DNA of 53,137 nucleotides, filler included, from Sphacelaria rigidula (Eukaryota), in NCBI GenBank assembly GCA_964200075.2. It is 3 parts of 3 records of this genome, joined end to end, with 100 filler letters (N's around TTAATTAATTAA, not from the genome) between each part and the next. Parts side by side here need not be neighbours in the genome. Positions count along the whole stretch, not along the records: positions 35,496 to 53,137 come from CAXNAA020001023.1; 2 more parts are not named here. One strand, 5' to 3'. The position numbers and the translations under genes are program-made. Positions 36,501 through 49,590 of this stretch are shown here, one piece after another. Numbering within the stretch: the stretch's first letter is position 1; each line of letters starts with the position of its first letter. Below the pieces are notes generated by a model. That model was not told the origin of the DNA. It searched no databases and saw only the letters and a list, made by a program, of their open reading frames with translations.

Positions 36501-37182
36501 CTGTTCTCGGGGCGGTCGTTCGATTGAATCTCTCCCCTTAGTGCCCACGGTTTCTCCGCCAACAGCTCCCTCTCTTGCTCGGTGATTCTGCCTTTCATCT
36601 GTTTCGAATACGCCGCATGCCCGGTTAAACTCTCATCTTCAGAGCTCTTCTCAGAAGCATCTTCCTCTGCACTATTTATAGCGACATCCGCGTCCTCGTC
36701 TTCATCATCCATAAAGTTTAGGGCATCTTCCTTCTCCTCCTCCTCCTCTTCCTCCTTGTCGCGGTTGCTCTTCTTATTCTTGCTCCCGCTTGTTTTTGCT
36801 TGCAGGCTGCCATTTTTCACCTTTTTCTTCCGACTTGAGCTGAACATTTCGGTACATTACATTTTGACGGTGGGAATTTTGACAGTGGACAGTGGAACCA
36901 ACGTTAGCGAACGAGTAGCGGGCACGAACTTGGTATCTTGGTATTGACGCACCACGGTACTGTACTGTACTATACTATATAATACAAACTAGTGACAGCA
37001 GCTGGTGCGGGGTGGACGTGTGCATGGATGATATAGTGTTGATAGCAGGCGTTTTGGGCACTCGGTCTTCACTTTGGGTTCTCAAGGTAAGTCAAAGTTT
37101 CGCCACTTCACTTCAATTGCGCTAGGTACAGCAGGACAAGATAAGCGACAACGTGACAACGTGTGCACAAGACTAAAAGGCA

Positions 37183-37238
<56 letters not shown>

Positions 37239-39310
37239 CACCTTGGAAACAAAACCATCGACTCAAATAGACAACAACGTCAGCGGCCTCGACAGCTCAC
37301 CGAATGAAATCGATTATTACCCTGAACGTACAGTGAACAAACAACTTTCCCCGAAGTCCAAATTTTCAAGCCTTACCTCACGCCCCCAAAAAAGTCTTCA
37401 TGGCTGATACCCCCTCCAACCTTGTCCTCCATATCTTGCAGCATCTGTCCCATTTTGGTATCTTTCTCTTCATCCTCGTCCCAATCGTCCTCTAAGTCAT
37501 CGGGCAACCCTGGCTCTTCGTCGTTTTCGGAAGATGACGAAGCTCCACCCCCTGCCTCCCCTCCGCCGTACATCTCGTCAAGTACCCCGCCTACCGGATG
37601 ATGTCAATCACAGTCAAGAATGGAACAAGTGCGTTTGAGAGGAAGATATTGAAGTCAATAACGGTTATAAGAATAGTCGGAAACAAAGCGTTGGTTTCAA
37701 CGACGAAAATCGTGAAAAATCGAACGTGAGCGCCAAGAGTGGTCAAGTACAACTACGGCGATAGTTTACAGAACAGAACGCCGTGTCTCTCGCAGAAAAA
37801 TAAGAACTATGCACGGATACAGAGTACAGTGAAAGCCACGTCCAAGTACACGTACACAGGAGTATCGATGCTTCCCTACCGTTTGTATTGTAAGTATGGT
37901 CACTATCGTTATTGGTGCTGGCTCACTAACCGTCGAGGTCATCTTCCGTGGCCCCTTCGTCAGCGAACTTGTCCATGTCGTCAGCATCGAAGAACATGTC
38001 TTCGTCTTTATTTTCATCTTCATCCTGCACAACCGTCCCACGTTTCTCAATGTCAGTATCACTCCAGCAGGCAGGCGTGAACTGTTAACTATGAATAGTG
38101 TACGATACATCTTGCTGGTCGGCGGCTGACTGTTGAGTGTGACAAGCGAAAGGAAGCAATGCGAGCTACTCGTGGCTGTATTATGAACAAGGTGATACGT
38201 ACTCTACAGTTCTACAGTGGTTCGTTTTCATGCAACAAGGACAAGAAGGACATGACGTACACACATGTTACACACAGACACACTGCTGTCCTACAGGACT
38301 ACGGCATAAATGTACTGGTACAAACTTGTGTCAAGAGTAAGGTGGAGGTCCCCTGACAAAAGCGATTAAAATTTAAGTATGCTCAATTTTACTGTTTTCG
38401 CTGCTTCCACTAGTCCCGTACCTACCCGTCATCCTTGCCGAGTTTCACACCTGATTCTGATTATGTTTCCTCCTTGCCCTTGCTAGTCCTTTCACATCTT
38501 TCACATCTTTTTCCTCTGCATCGCTGCCCAGCCTCCCCTGGCGCATGTGGATATTGACATTTTTTCTTGCACGCTCATCGGAGAAGTGTATATTTCTGTC
38601 CTTATCCTTACGCTCACCGCCAGCTTCGTTATCATCGCCGTCTTTACTATCCTCATCCTCATCCTCATCATCCTCATCGTCATTTGCCTGCTCGTCGTCC
38701 GACTCAACGTCCGCAGCCAACTACGTTCCCAACAGCGGGATAATGCAGGGGAAACATGGGGTCGTACAAAATTGTCGAAGAACGTACCATATGCATGGGT
38801 GTATCTTACCTCAGCTTTGCATGTACAGAGGCTACGAGGTGGTATGGTCATACGGTGGTGGTAGCCGCGAGATCGGCTTTGCCAGCAGTCACAGCAGCAA
38901 AGAGATTCCCTGATTTTGACTGACCGAGCGTCACGTTTTCGATTCTGTGCGAGTCCCTCCCCGGAAGAAGTCGACTTCATGTACTGGAACTGGACGTAAG
39001 ATTTACGCAGGACGTTTTCAAGCTCCAAGATGACTGGAGCAGTTCTTGCCGAATGATGCTCTTCAAGGAGCAACAAAACACTCAAGACATTTCATAGTAA
39101 CAGAAGCAACCACAAACGATTCAACCGAGTGGTTTTAGTATGGCCTACAGTAGCTTGGTTGCGGCATCTCCCCCGTTACGGGATTAGACTCAAGGTACTA
39201 AGGTACAACACGAGAGTTATGAAAAGAAGCAGAGTTCAAAGCCCAGTCTCGCTAGCGGGGTTGGTTAAGTCATCATCTCATTATACTAGTGGCAATGCTG
39301 TGCAAGAAAA

Positions 39311-39384
<74 letters not shown>

Positions 39385-42300
39385 AAATGGCGATGGTGTA
39401 CCCAACTATTTCAGTGCGTATGTTTTCATGCCAAATTAAACGACCATTCCAACTTCTTGACCAGCGGGGGGATGCGTACTCATTTGTCACTTGCCCTAGT
39501 CCTTGGACCATTGACCACGAATCAAATTGTAGACGGAGCACCGTTCTTACCCCTAACAGAGACATCTCCAAAATTTTGTGCGCTCATTGCGTTTCCTTCA
39601 TGCGTTACACAAAAATCTTGGACATGTTTTACGCCCTTCCTGTTTCATCGTCTGTGGCCACCATTTATCTCCTAAAATCGTAAAGCGACCCAAGGGGGAG
39701 GGAAGGGGTATGGGGGGGTGACTTGTCGCCCTTCACAGGAAGCGTTGCGTGACAAATGCATGCATCCAATAAGTCATGACTTGTGGTGACCCGCGTCTGA
39801 TACCAAGTCCTGCTAGGCATCATTGGTCATCATTCTTGACAGAATGATCAGCACAGTGACAATGACTAGCATGACTTGAGTCCTGTAGATCACGTAAAGA
39901 ATGATGACCCGAGACTCGTGACTTGTGGTCTCAACGAGATGAAATTATATGAGTCATACTGGGACTTGCTCCATGCTTGGAGCAATGCCCCTTATCTACC
40001 AAAAATTGCAATATGACTCAACGGTAGCTGTTGCCCCATGTTCGATTCTTTGCCGGGTCCGGCATAGTTGTTGAGGCATTGAATGTTTTGTCCCTTGACA
40101 CCCGGCACAACACATCATCTGTATGTCAAAAACTTGAGAAAATTTGCTCAGACTACGTCACCACACCCCCAGCAGCGCTGTATCACGAACTCAAGGCTCC
40201 AAGGTGAGATACTATACAAAGCTGTCGCCGGTAATTTTCCGGTGAATATCGCACATTTGCATATTTTCGTGTGCAGATGCAAGATGTTTATTATTGGGGG
40301 AGAAAGTCAGTTTCCTGCCTGCCACCAATATACTGGCTTACTATTATAGCGTACTCGCGTACTAGCATACTGTATCACGTCACCGTATCATGCACCAACT
40401 AGAAAGCGCCCGCAAGCGCCCGCAATCTGACATGACTTGTCGATAAATGAGCACTAGATGGAAAAGTGCACTACCTAGCCCTGACTGCAGTAGCAGAACG
40501 GAATAAGAGTAACACTTGTTCATACGTCTGTGACTGCAGGTAATGTAGGCACCCCGAAATGCGAGAGGTCAGTCATTACCCGTACACTTCACAAGAGACA
40601 CGAACCAGCTGTAACCGTATGCGCGGAATGAATTATCAGGACCCCAGATACTGTACAAATGACAGCATAGGCAAACCAAGTCAAACATGCCCTGAATTCA
40701 AGTCGACAGTGGTCCCGTGCGTGGTACCTTACAGTATAGGTCTGCCCGCGCAGGTGCACAAGTACTGTGTGCCCAAGTGCTGTGTGCCCGCCAAGGGCGG
40801 CAATGACGGCGGACATTTTGAGTAGAGGGAGGCAGGCACTCACCGAGATATCCTCGCTTTCTACAAGGCGGGCCATCGTTCGGCGTGCATGTTTTTCCAG
40901 CGGCGCATTGCGTAGCTCCAGCTCCGCCCAAATTGACTCACAGTCAAGCCCTACAGCCAAACGGGACGGCGAAGGCAAGAAAAACAGACGCACGACACAC
41001 GACACACGACAGATCGAGGTAAACAGGCAAACAGCAGCAGCAGCAGCAGCAGCAGCAGTTAGCGAACGCAAAGACAGGCAAGACAGCTAGGCAGGGGCTT
41101 TGTGTCAGAGCGTCACAAGTGTGTACACGCTAGGTGTGAAGTGTTAATAGCAGCTTTGCTTTTGGTCATGAATTAATCATGGTGGGCACTCAAGAAACCC
41201 TTGTATCAATACATTCCCCACTTTACAAGTGATATCGTGTTGTCACCGGCGATGAAGCTTGCTAACTGGCACAGTATAAAAGCGACGCTTGGTATCAGTT
41301 GGGTACGTGTAGTCATAAGTAATATCCATCATCACAATGGGGTCCAACGCAAACCTCTTTACCCGCGTCATGGCTATATGTACAATACATGTATTAATGT
41401 TACTATTCCTATTATAACATGGCCAAGCAACACCTCACTGTCACGCCTCAGACAGGCCGCGGAGAAATGGTGGGTACTGTGAAGACCAACACTTATATTA
41501 CAAAAATCAAACATCAAACATCTAACACGCCATCCAGCCACTCGTGGAAAACGTTCGAATGCGCAGTAGAGTGGCAGCAACAGCAGCAATACAGAGACAC
41601 AAAAAACGCAAGTAAAACAATGGGACAATGTGACATGGGTGCACGATTAAAACGCGCCCGAGGTGTGCTACAGTAGCCTACAATAGAACTGCCCCGAAAG
41701 TACCACGATTGCTGCCAAAGTTACGTAAGTTATACACTTCCTCTGTGCCATAATGTGGGCGTTTTATCGTTTGGGTATTTCAATATTAACGACCATCCTT
41801 TGGCTGGGTTCGTTAGAGAGGTGAAGCGCAGACGAAGCTGATGAAGAAAAAAAACGAAAAAAAAAAAACTTGTTTTTCATCACTAAAATTATGTCGAAAT
41901 ATACCCACCCCAGTTTGACCCTTTTCGATCCATTTATACCCCCATCATTGACCGATTGTGGATGTTTTCGCGTCGAGCACTAGCAATTACATGCCAACAA
42001 AATGTTGGATGGGGCGTGCGTAGGTTAACATCACGGACATGTCCAAAATCAATGGTGGTTACACGATTTCCACATTTCCTGGCCCATTGTTCGCGATTTT
42101 TCGTGTTCCTGAAAAAGCCTGGAGGAAAAAATGCCCATTTTTGGACCGACCTACTTTTTCTCGGCCGCGCGGCTGCATGGGTCATGGCTGCATGGGTCAA
42201 GCACCCTCGTTGTAGAAAGAATGTTGGTTTTAGCCAAAAAACGCCGACGAATGCAATAAAAAGATCGAACATCAAATATCATACCGTTAAGGGTCCGTGC

Positions 42301-43811
42301 AATCGTAAGGATCTCTACCTTTACTTATGGCACAGAGGAAGTTCGAGGACATCACGTACGTTGCTTGTTTTCATCGCAGCAGTAGTGAGCCAGTTTCAAA
42401 GCATTTAAAAAGAATCAAAGCACGTATCCCACGAGGAAATCTTATCTCAGTGGGCTAGGCCAAGACGTACAGATCCAAAATACCGATATATATATCTATA
42501 CACCATAACTCATGTACCCGACGATTTTTCTAATTCTAGTTTGTTCTTTCGAGCCGTACGTATATTTTCGTGTACTTTCATTATTTTGCTGACGTGTGTA
42601 GAACCCCGCCCTTCGGAACGCCATGTTTTATTCGTCGTGGGTGTCTTATTCTTATTAATTTCTTCTTTGTATTGTCTTTTGTGCCTTGGCTGTTGTGATC
42701 ACGGGCGCGAGATTTTCTGGGAAAGAGCTGATTTGAGAAACAGCAGCAATAGCAACAGCAGCAACAATGACAACACGCACGTGGCTTGTGTCTCAAAATC
42801 GGTAAAAATTAGTCAGGGGTTCTACACATGCGCCCGACATCCACACATTGATGAAACAAGGCATCTTTTGAACGATCAGCTGTTCTGCACCCCAAATGTG
42901 TAGTGGGTTATCTGAGGGGGGGGGGGGGGGTCGCAGCCTAAGGGTTGACGTTTCTTGTTATGAACGATACACCAATTCTACACCACTTTACAATGTACAT
43001 ATCAGTGTCTCTAGCTCGTAATAGATGTTGCTGCACTTCCGGACCCACGGCTTTGTAGCTTTGTTCAAGGGCAATACTGTACTGATAGAATGACCAGCGG
43101 CAACGGCTACAACGGTACTGTACCACAGCACATATATACCACTGCCCAACGTGCGTAGACAGCAGCAGACATGCAACTCAGCAGGCCACGATAACAGCCC
43201 CCGTCCGCTGTGCGCTCTGCTCTTGTAGCTACAGAGCATATGCGACCTAGTTCGCCCTGCCAAGCGTCATCAATTTTGTATCTATGCTTGTGGTGTGCGT
43301 GTGCGTGTGCGTGTGCGATTGTCCTCGTCCTGTCATGACTTCCGAGAATTGTGTCGCTTTCGACTGCGCTTCAAAGGAGGAAGGTAGCAGGTATCTCGGC
43401 CGTGGATATTACTCGTGATACTGCTCAACGAGACGCTGGACAGTTGTGTAGTCCAGCAAACTATTAGTCAATAGTGAGAAAACGGAACATGGACACCAAT
43501 AGAGCTCAGGCAGCACGCACATTCTCCCCAAACCGCGGGTGAAATCCAACAGCATGGAAGGCGACCAGAAAATAATTTATTGTGTAAAATCGTCGCATAG
43601 CGGCCCGTGCTCATGACCTTGGCGCCCAGTAGGCTGTCTGTGATCCGTCGCTATGGATTGTGGATTGTGGCTTGTGGATTGGTTCAGTCGAAGCAATTGG
43701 AAGCAAGTACTCACCATCAACGTAAAGTTCTTCCAGTGGTCCGAAGGGTTTGCGCTGCGTCTCGCTCCGTCTGGCGAAAGCAAAGAGTTGCCTGAGCGCT
43801 CCGGTCAGCTC
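36501..43811 (-). CDS. MPP10: U3 snoRNP protein Mpp10, partial (start exon not located; C-terminal exons absent, probably in the gap)
   Basis: Exons 43811-43715, 40950-40844, 38720-38451, 38024-37931, 37590-37377 and 36839-36501 are all phase-compatible with GT/AG boundaries. Motifs: GPLEELYVDGLDCESIWAELELRN, acidic tracts, DMFFDADDMDKFADE and EKPWALRGE..SNDRPEN. Confidence 0.9.
37185..37236. repeat. (GT)n microsatellite
   Basis: Pure GT run. Confidence 0.98.
39315..39383. repeat. (GT)n microsatellite
   Basis: Pure GT run. Confidence 0.98.
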
Positions 43812-46099
43812 CTGGGGATGGGATGGACAGAGAACGTAATTCGACGTCCAGGCACATCGCTTAGTGCTTGCTACAATATCACTGCGACTTGTATGTCGGG
43901 GCGAATCCGGGTGATTAGATGAACAGGGAAACCACGGAATAGAGTTTGAGTTCGAGTTCGAGTTCGCGTTACTGCAATTTCTTCTAACGTGGGAAGTACC
44001 ATCTGCAGAAGCAGTCAGTCCATCAAACGAGTCAGCCCTCCTTCTCGTGTGTACTTGCCCAGGAATCTTTCATCTTTTGACTGTAGGTCTGAATGCGTGA
44101 ATGTGTGAATGAAAGAACCAACGCGTTTTGTTTCGAGAAAACATAATATTTTTTTTCACGTCGCCGGCAACCTGCCTGATGGGTAGCAGGAAGGGTAATT
44201 TACACTGGATCCCCATCTAGAATGTGGAGGAGACTTCTGTCAGTGCCCAGGTCTCCAACTATTGTATACCTTTTCCTGTCCTTGTTTCGTCCCAGTTTTC
44301 CCCATGTACACTATTCAAGGATCTTTAGGGCTACGTAGGGTTCTGCAGGTACTCTGGGATTCCTTAGGGTTCGCAGAAACTCAGTACCCTACACTACCCG
44401 GAGTCTTTACCCCACAAGCACTCGGTGTCGTACCCACGTACTCAGCAAATAATCAGTGCCCCGAGTACCTTGAGTGATAAGTGCCTACAGGGTACTCCGG
44501 AGCATCCGCAGCATGACCAACCGGAGGTACTCAATGGTCAATCAACACTCCGTAGTCTGCAAAATACTCGGGTGTCGTACTCTGCGTACTCAGCAAGGCA
44601 CTCAGTACCTCGAGTACACGGAGTACCGAGTCCGAGAAATACATTGTGTCTTCAGAGTGTCTAGAGTACCGTCAACCCGAACTACCCAGTATTCGGGAAT
44701 ACCTGGAGTATCGATCGCCAAAATAGCCAGTGTACCAGAGTACGTGGACTATGGACTTCTAGAAAAACTGCGTATTTCTGATTGTTACTCATCGCTGATT
44801 GCTGATTCCTCGACAGCTGACAAGTATAGTGGATACTCATCAAACATCAAGGCGGTTTGATGACGAGTGCGGTACACGAAACTTCAGCTATGCCGCGAAG
44901 CTTCGGACCTTCAAACTTCAAATCCCATCATACTGGAGACTCTAGTCACCACTGTCACCCAGGTTGGGGACGTTATGTGGGTGGATCAATGCGCTATGGG
45001 CGTTTACCGCTGGTTGATGGATCGCGTTTCTGCATGTCGGATCGGTGAACTCTGTGAATGGTTCACCGCCGCAAGGTTTGGGGTTGGTTTTACTCCGTTG
45101 GAGAGAGGCTATGGTCTTGTTCTCCTGTACCATGAACATCTGAGGTTCAATACATCAATCACTAAAGCTGCCGAAGTCCATGTGCCCATGGTGGGAGTGG
45201 TCCATATAGCTGTCTGATCTTGAGTGACAGAGGTCTATAATCGTTTATTAGGTCCACTGAAAAGCAGTGTCGAATGAGTGCAGAGTCAGTGTGTGTGTTG
45301 TATGTCTTCGCTGAATACAATGACAAGAAACAATCAGAGTGCCATCGCCCTGCACCCAGCACACTCTACTCATTGTAGGCTGCTCATGTCTCTACTTCGT
45401 ATTTCACCACACTGCAGATAGTTGAAAGCTATGTAGGCAACACAAGAGGGGTCAGGCAGGCGGCAAAGACCACGAACGGAGTAAAGAGCACGTTATTTGT
45501 GCCCATGTTATCTATGGCTGAAAGGACAAAATCAGAATGGCAAATACGGCTAGACTGCGAGATAGTGTATCTCTTGTCCACCTGCGGTGTGGCATACTGA
45601 CCATTCTGACCAATCACAGCTGCCATAATGGTCGCTTCGCTCCTCTTGAACCTCGTTTCTCGTTGAGAATTTTTCGTGGCACTTATTAACACATATCGTT
45701 GACTTCAAATATTTGAGGCTATTGTGCGCACAGATCGTGTAATTCCTACGTTCTAGTATGGGCTGGCGACCCAAAAAAACATGCGGGAAATCACGGGGGT
45801 GCTATATTGAATGCGAGTTAAACGGAAAATCGTTCCCCGATCATCCGGGCTTTGCATAACTAGGAAGGCGCCTTATCTGGGCCAGGGACAGGGCCCTCAC
45901 AGGATCTTGGCAGCGACATCAAAATCAGTAACAATCCCCGCGCTGGTCGTCAAGGTCTGACCGATAAATTTCGCCTCGCCGTGATTGAGCAGGTCGCTCC
46001 CTTACTTATTTTTTGTTATTTCACCAACACATGGTCAACCCCGTGTTAGTTGGGGGTCGGTCCCAAAATAGTTAATCGCAGGGCAGGGATGTGCAGACG

Positions 46100-46600
46100 G
46101 CAGGCCGCATGTGGCGGGAAAGATAGACTCTGCATAACTAAGAAACGAAAGAGTACAAGACGGTCAGAATGACGTTGTCTCTTCGAGTACACGCCACGCA
46201 CTCTAACATGGGTCCCCAGAGTGACTGGGTATTCAAGCAGCAACGCTTCTTTGTTCATGACTTGTCGGAGTGCATTGTACGTTGGCACACTCCGGTTCAG
46301 ACCTCTCCTCCCATTTTGCCCTGCCCCCGTCCGGTCTGCGTGGTTGTATTTCATTTGCTTTTATTCAAGACGGTATGGCTCGTTCAGGAGTGTCCATCGA
46401 TAGGCCGGCTAAATCGTACATGTTCTGGTCGGCCACGTGTGCGATTCGAGCGCAGTTTTTTGCGTAGTGTGCTTCAAATCACTACACATGTCTCGACAAA
46501 CTCGCTTTCGGGGAACGTCCCGCGCTCGGTACACCAGACGGCAAAAATATATATGCAGAGTTTCGGGGAACGCTTCGAGAGAACTGAAAAAAAAAGCTTG
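46100..46600 (-). pseudogene. Possible highly degenerate retroviral-type (rve) integrase relic
   Basis: Fragments in different frames: YFCRLVYR, ERGTFPESEFV and GQNGRRGLNRSV..NALRQ. These resemble the D-R-G and Q.NG..ER.NRT motifs. Pattern only. Confidence 0.3.
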
Positions 46601-47861
46601 ATGAGAAATGTCAGGGATGTGAAGGTGGAGGTGGCGTCTGAACAGGGAGGGCGGCGCGTGAACGCACGATTTGCCAATGCTGAGGACGTCGTTCCGAATC
46701 AAGTGGATCCAAAAAGAAGAAAAAAACGAGATGACTTGTCCATGGTCGGAAAAATGTCATCGAACAGCCCGGACACTCTTCAGAGGCTAACACCCCCCCG
46801 GTTCGCACCCTCTAACAGTGCCTGTCGGTTCTGTCATGTGCTGGCCAAGTAGGCCCGGGTAGCGTGGGAGGGAACCTAGTACGATCTCATGAATAGACAT
46901 GCTGTTTAGTCAGCAAGGGATCCGCGCTTGTTTCGCTTTCTTGAAAACACAGAATACAGTAGAAACGTAATTCTCGCGTGCGCCAAGGGAAGCTACTGAC
47001 CATCGCTACAGAAGTAGATCGTCGTCACGCTACCTACTACTGCTACTGCGTACGTTGCCACTAGCGGCTGCTCGGGGTGGAGGGTGCACAAGACGAAGGC
47101 ATTCCCTCGTTGGTACATGTGTTGCTTCCGTTGTGCAAAAATGTGTCAGTCTAAGTGTGCTCATATGCCATTCTGTGTAGATTTACCGGTCGTCAGGGAG
47201 GTATCAGAAGAGGCTGGTGGCGAGCACTACTTTTTCTGTACTAAATTCAACGTATTCACGCCCCGACCCGTACCTAGTTTTTCGACCAGCAGTTTTCTCT
47301 TGACCGTGTATACACACCGTTGACAATACAGCAGTGGCATCACCTTAGCAGAAGTTTTCCCTTCCTCGACAGCTCATCCATTGACGCTGCTGGTTGGCCG
47401 TTCCATGTCGATCGGGAGCAATGTACCCATGGGAGTGGTTTAATCTCAACCAAAGAACAACGCAATGATGTACTACCTGTCGTTCACACCAGGGCTGCAC
47501 ATCGGATATCGACAATCGATACGATTTCGATAAATATCGGCGATACGCAGTATCGATATCGGAGCGTAGTAAACCGGTGTTTGGCGGTATTCCGAAAATG
47601 AGACGATACGTATCGAGTATCGATATTCGATACGATACGGCTGGTTTAGTATGGCCGCAGTGTACAAGACCGAGCGGTACACTGGTACACTGGCACCCCC
47701 ACTTACTCTTAGGTTGCGTAAGATACCACATCCCCTAGACTGACTTTGAAAGCTCGGTTACTCCACAACGAAGAGGGTGCCAACATCAAACGAAACGTTT
47801 TGGAAAGCTCTCGACGAGATGGTTGCAACGCCGCCCAGTTCAGTTCCCACATCGTTTGTGG

Positions 47862-49590
47862 CGAGATATCGCCATGCACAGAAGGACGTCTCGCTTCCAG
47901 AAATCACCGCCCCCTTTAAGGCCAACTTTCGGCCGGGTATACCTGATCTAGAGATGATTTTTCAGTCGTACCTTACCTGGGCCACCAGTCGGCCCAGAAA
48001 GTACCTATCCTAGGCTGTCGCTTCCCACACCGTACCTGATGTGGCACACTGCGCAAAAGGAAATCTACCTGCCAACTCCGACCATGACGTCCACACATTC
48101 GGCTCTTTTCCCGCCTATAACGACCACATGTTACTAACCCTAACGCCAAACCCATAAACCGTTTGACCGCGAGCGAAAAAAATATATCCACCCGTATGGG
48201 CGGAAATAAGAAAGAACCCACACATTTTGTCATGACCAATTCTGCATTGTTTTTTAAATTCGGGAGCTCACTTCTTTTTAATCTGAGACCTGTTACAGAT
48301 GTTACCAAACAAAGTATAATCTGCCCGTGTACCTCAGTTCAGGCTGTAGTCATATCCTTTGCATCTGCATGCACCACCATGTACGTGCATCTGCATGTAA
48401 CCTGCCTTCCGTTGCCGCGAACAAATGATTGACGACCTCGTACTTACTGTGTGTTCAGAGAACAGGGTGTACTTGTATCGTTGTACTGTATTTGCAAAGA
48501 ATAGCAACCTACCGTTTTCCTGTGGTTGTAGGGTACAGTTTGTAACCCTACACTACCGTACTCCGTCTGTGCTTGCAGAGTAGAGCCTGTACTGGTAACT
48601 TTGCACTACTGTGCTTGAAGGGTACAGCCCGTGCTTGTAACCTTGCACTTCTGTGCTTGCAGAGTACTGCCTATGCTTGTAACCTTGCAATACTATGCTT
48701 GCAAAGTACAGTCTGTACTCGGAAATACAGCGATGCAATCTTACAAGTACAGGCTGCACGCGCGAGCATAGCGAGGTTGCTGTAATTTGCAAATACAGTA
48801 CGATACAAGTTCACCCTGTTCTCTGAACACACGGTAAGTACGAGGTGGTCAATCATTTGTTCGCTGCAACGGGAGGCAGGCTCGCATTTGGCAGCGGTGA
48901 TGTCGGCAATGTCCGTAGTTCTACATTGCCTTCACTGTAGGGTTCAAGGCTACATGCAGATGCACTTACATCGTGGTGCATGCAGATGCAGAGGATATGA
49001 CTACAGCCTCCACTACAGTACACGGGCAGGCTTTTCTTTGTTCGCAAATATCCGTAACAGATCTCAGATTAAAAAAAAGTGAGCTCCCGAAATTAAAAAA
49101 CAATGCAGAATTGGTCATGACAAAATGTGTGGGTTCTTTCTTATTTCCGCCCATATGGGTGGATATACTTTTTTCGTCCCAAAAGGGTTAGTACGGAACA
49201 TGACACCAGCCCCAGATCGCAACAGCACGACGCGTTGTGAGTCATGAGTCCAGTCTTGTGTCGATGCGGACAGACTCGGGAACCATTTCCGGGGAGAAAG
49301 GGATGTGGTCGTTGTGGCGTTCGCGAACGGCAAATGGACGGGAAAAGAGCCGAATGTGCGGACGCCAAGGTTGGAGTTGGCGGGTAGATTCCCTTGCGCG
49401 CAGTGTGCCGCATCAGGTGCAGTATGGGAAGCCACGGCCCAGGAAAGGTACTTCCTGCGCCGACTGGTGGCCCAGATAAGGTACAATTGAAAAATAATTC
49501 TTAGATCAGGTGTTCCTGGCCGAGACTTGGCCTAGGAAGGGAAAGTGGTTTCTGGAAGCGAGACGTCCTTCTTTGCATGGCGATATCTCG
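47862..49590. repeat. 1.7-kb foldback (long inverted repeat)
   Basis: Left arm 47862-48510 and right arm 48774-49590 are collinear reverse complements with indels, for example TATGGGCGGAAATAAGAAAGAACCCACACATTTTGTCATGACCAATTCTGCATTGTTTTTTAA. Confidence 0.92.
48567..48720 (+). repeat. 42-bp minisatellite, about 3.7 copies, in the foldback spacer
   Basis: Units start at 48567, 48609, 48651 and 48693 (CT(G/A)TGCTTG.A..GTA...C...GTAAC.TTGCA.T). Confidence 0.9.

Noticed and set aside
41100-41340. Possible intronic C/D snoRNA in MPP10 (GTGATGA on -)
   Set aside because: No D box at a plausible distance with a terminal stem. A covariance-model search would be needed.
45582-45630. Candidate MPP10 first exon (MAAVIGQNGQYATPQ on -)
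   Set aside because: No recognisable Mpp10 similarity and a weak donor; left unassigned.
48567-48720. CRISPR-like appearance of regularly spaced repeats
   Set aside because: Contiguous tandem units without unique spacers, no cas genes and a eukaryotic context.
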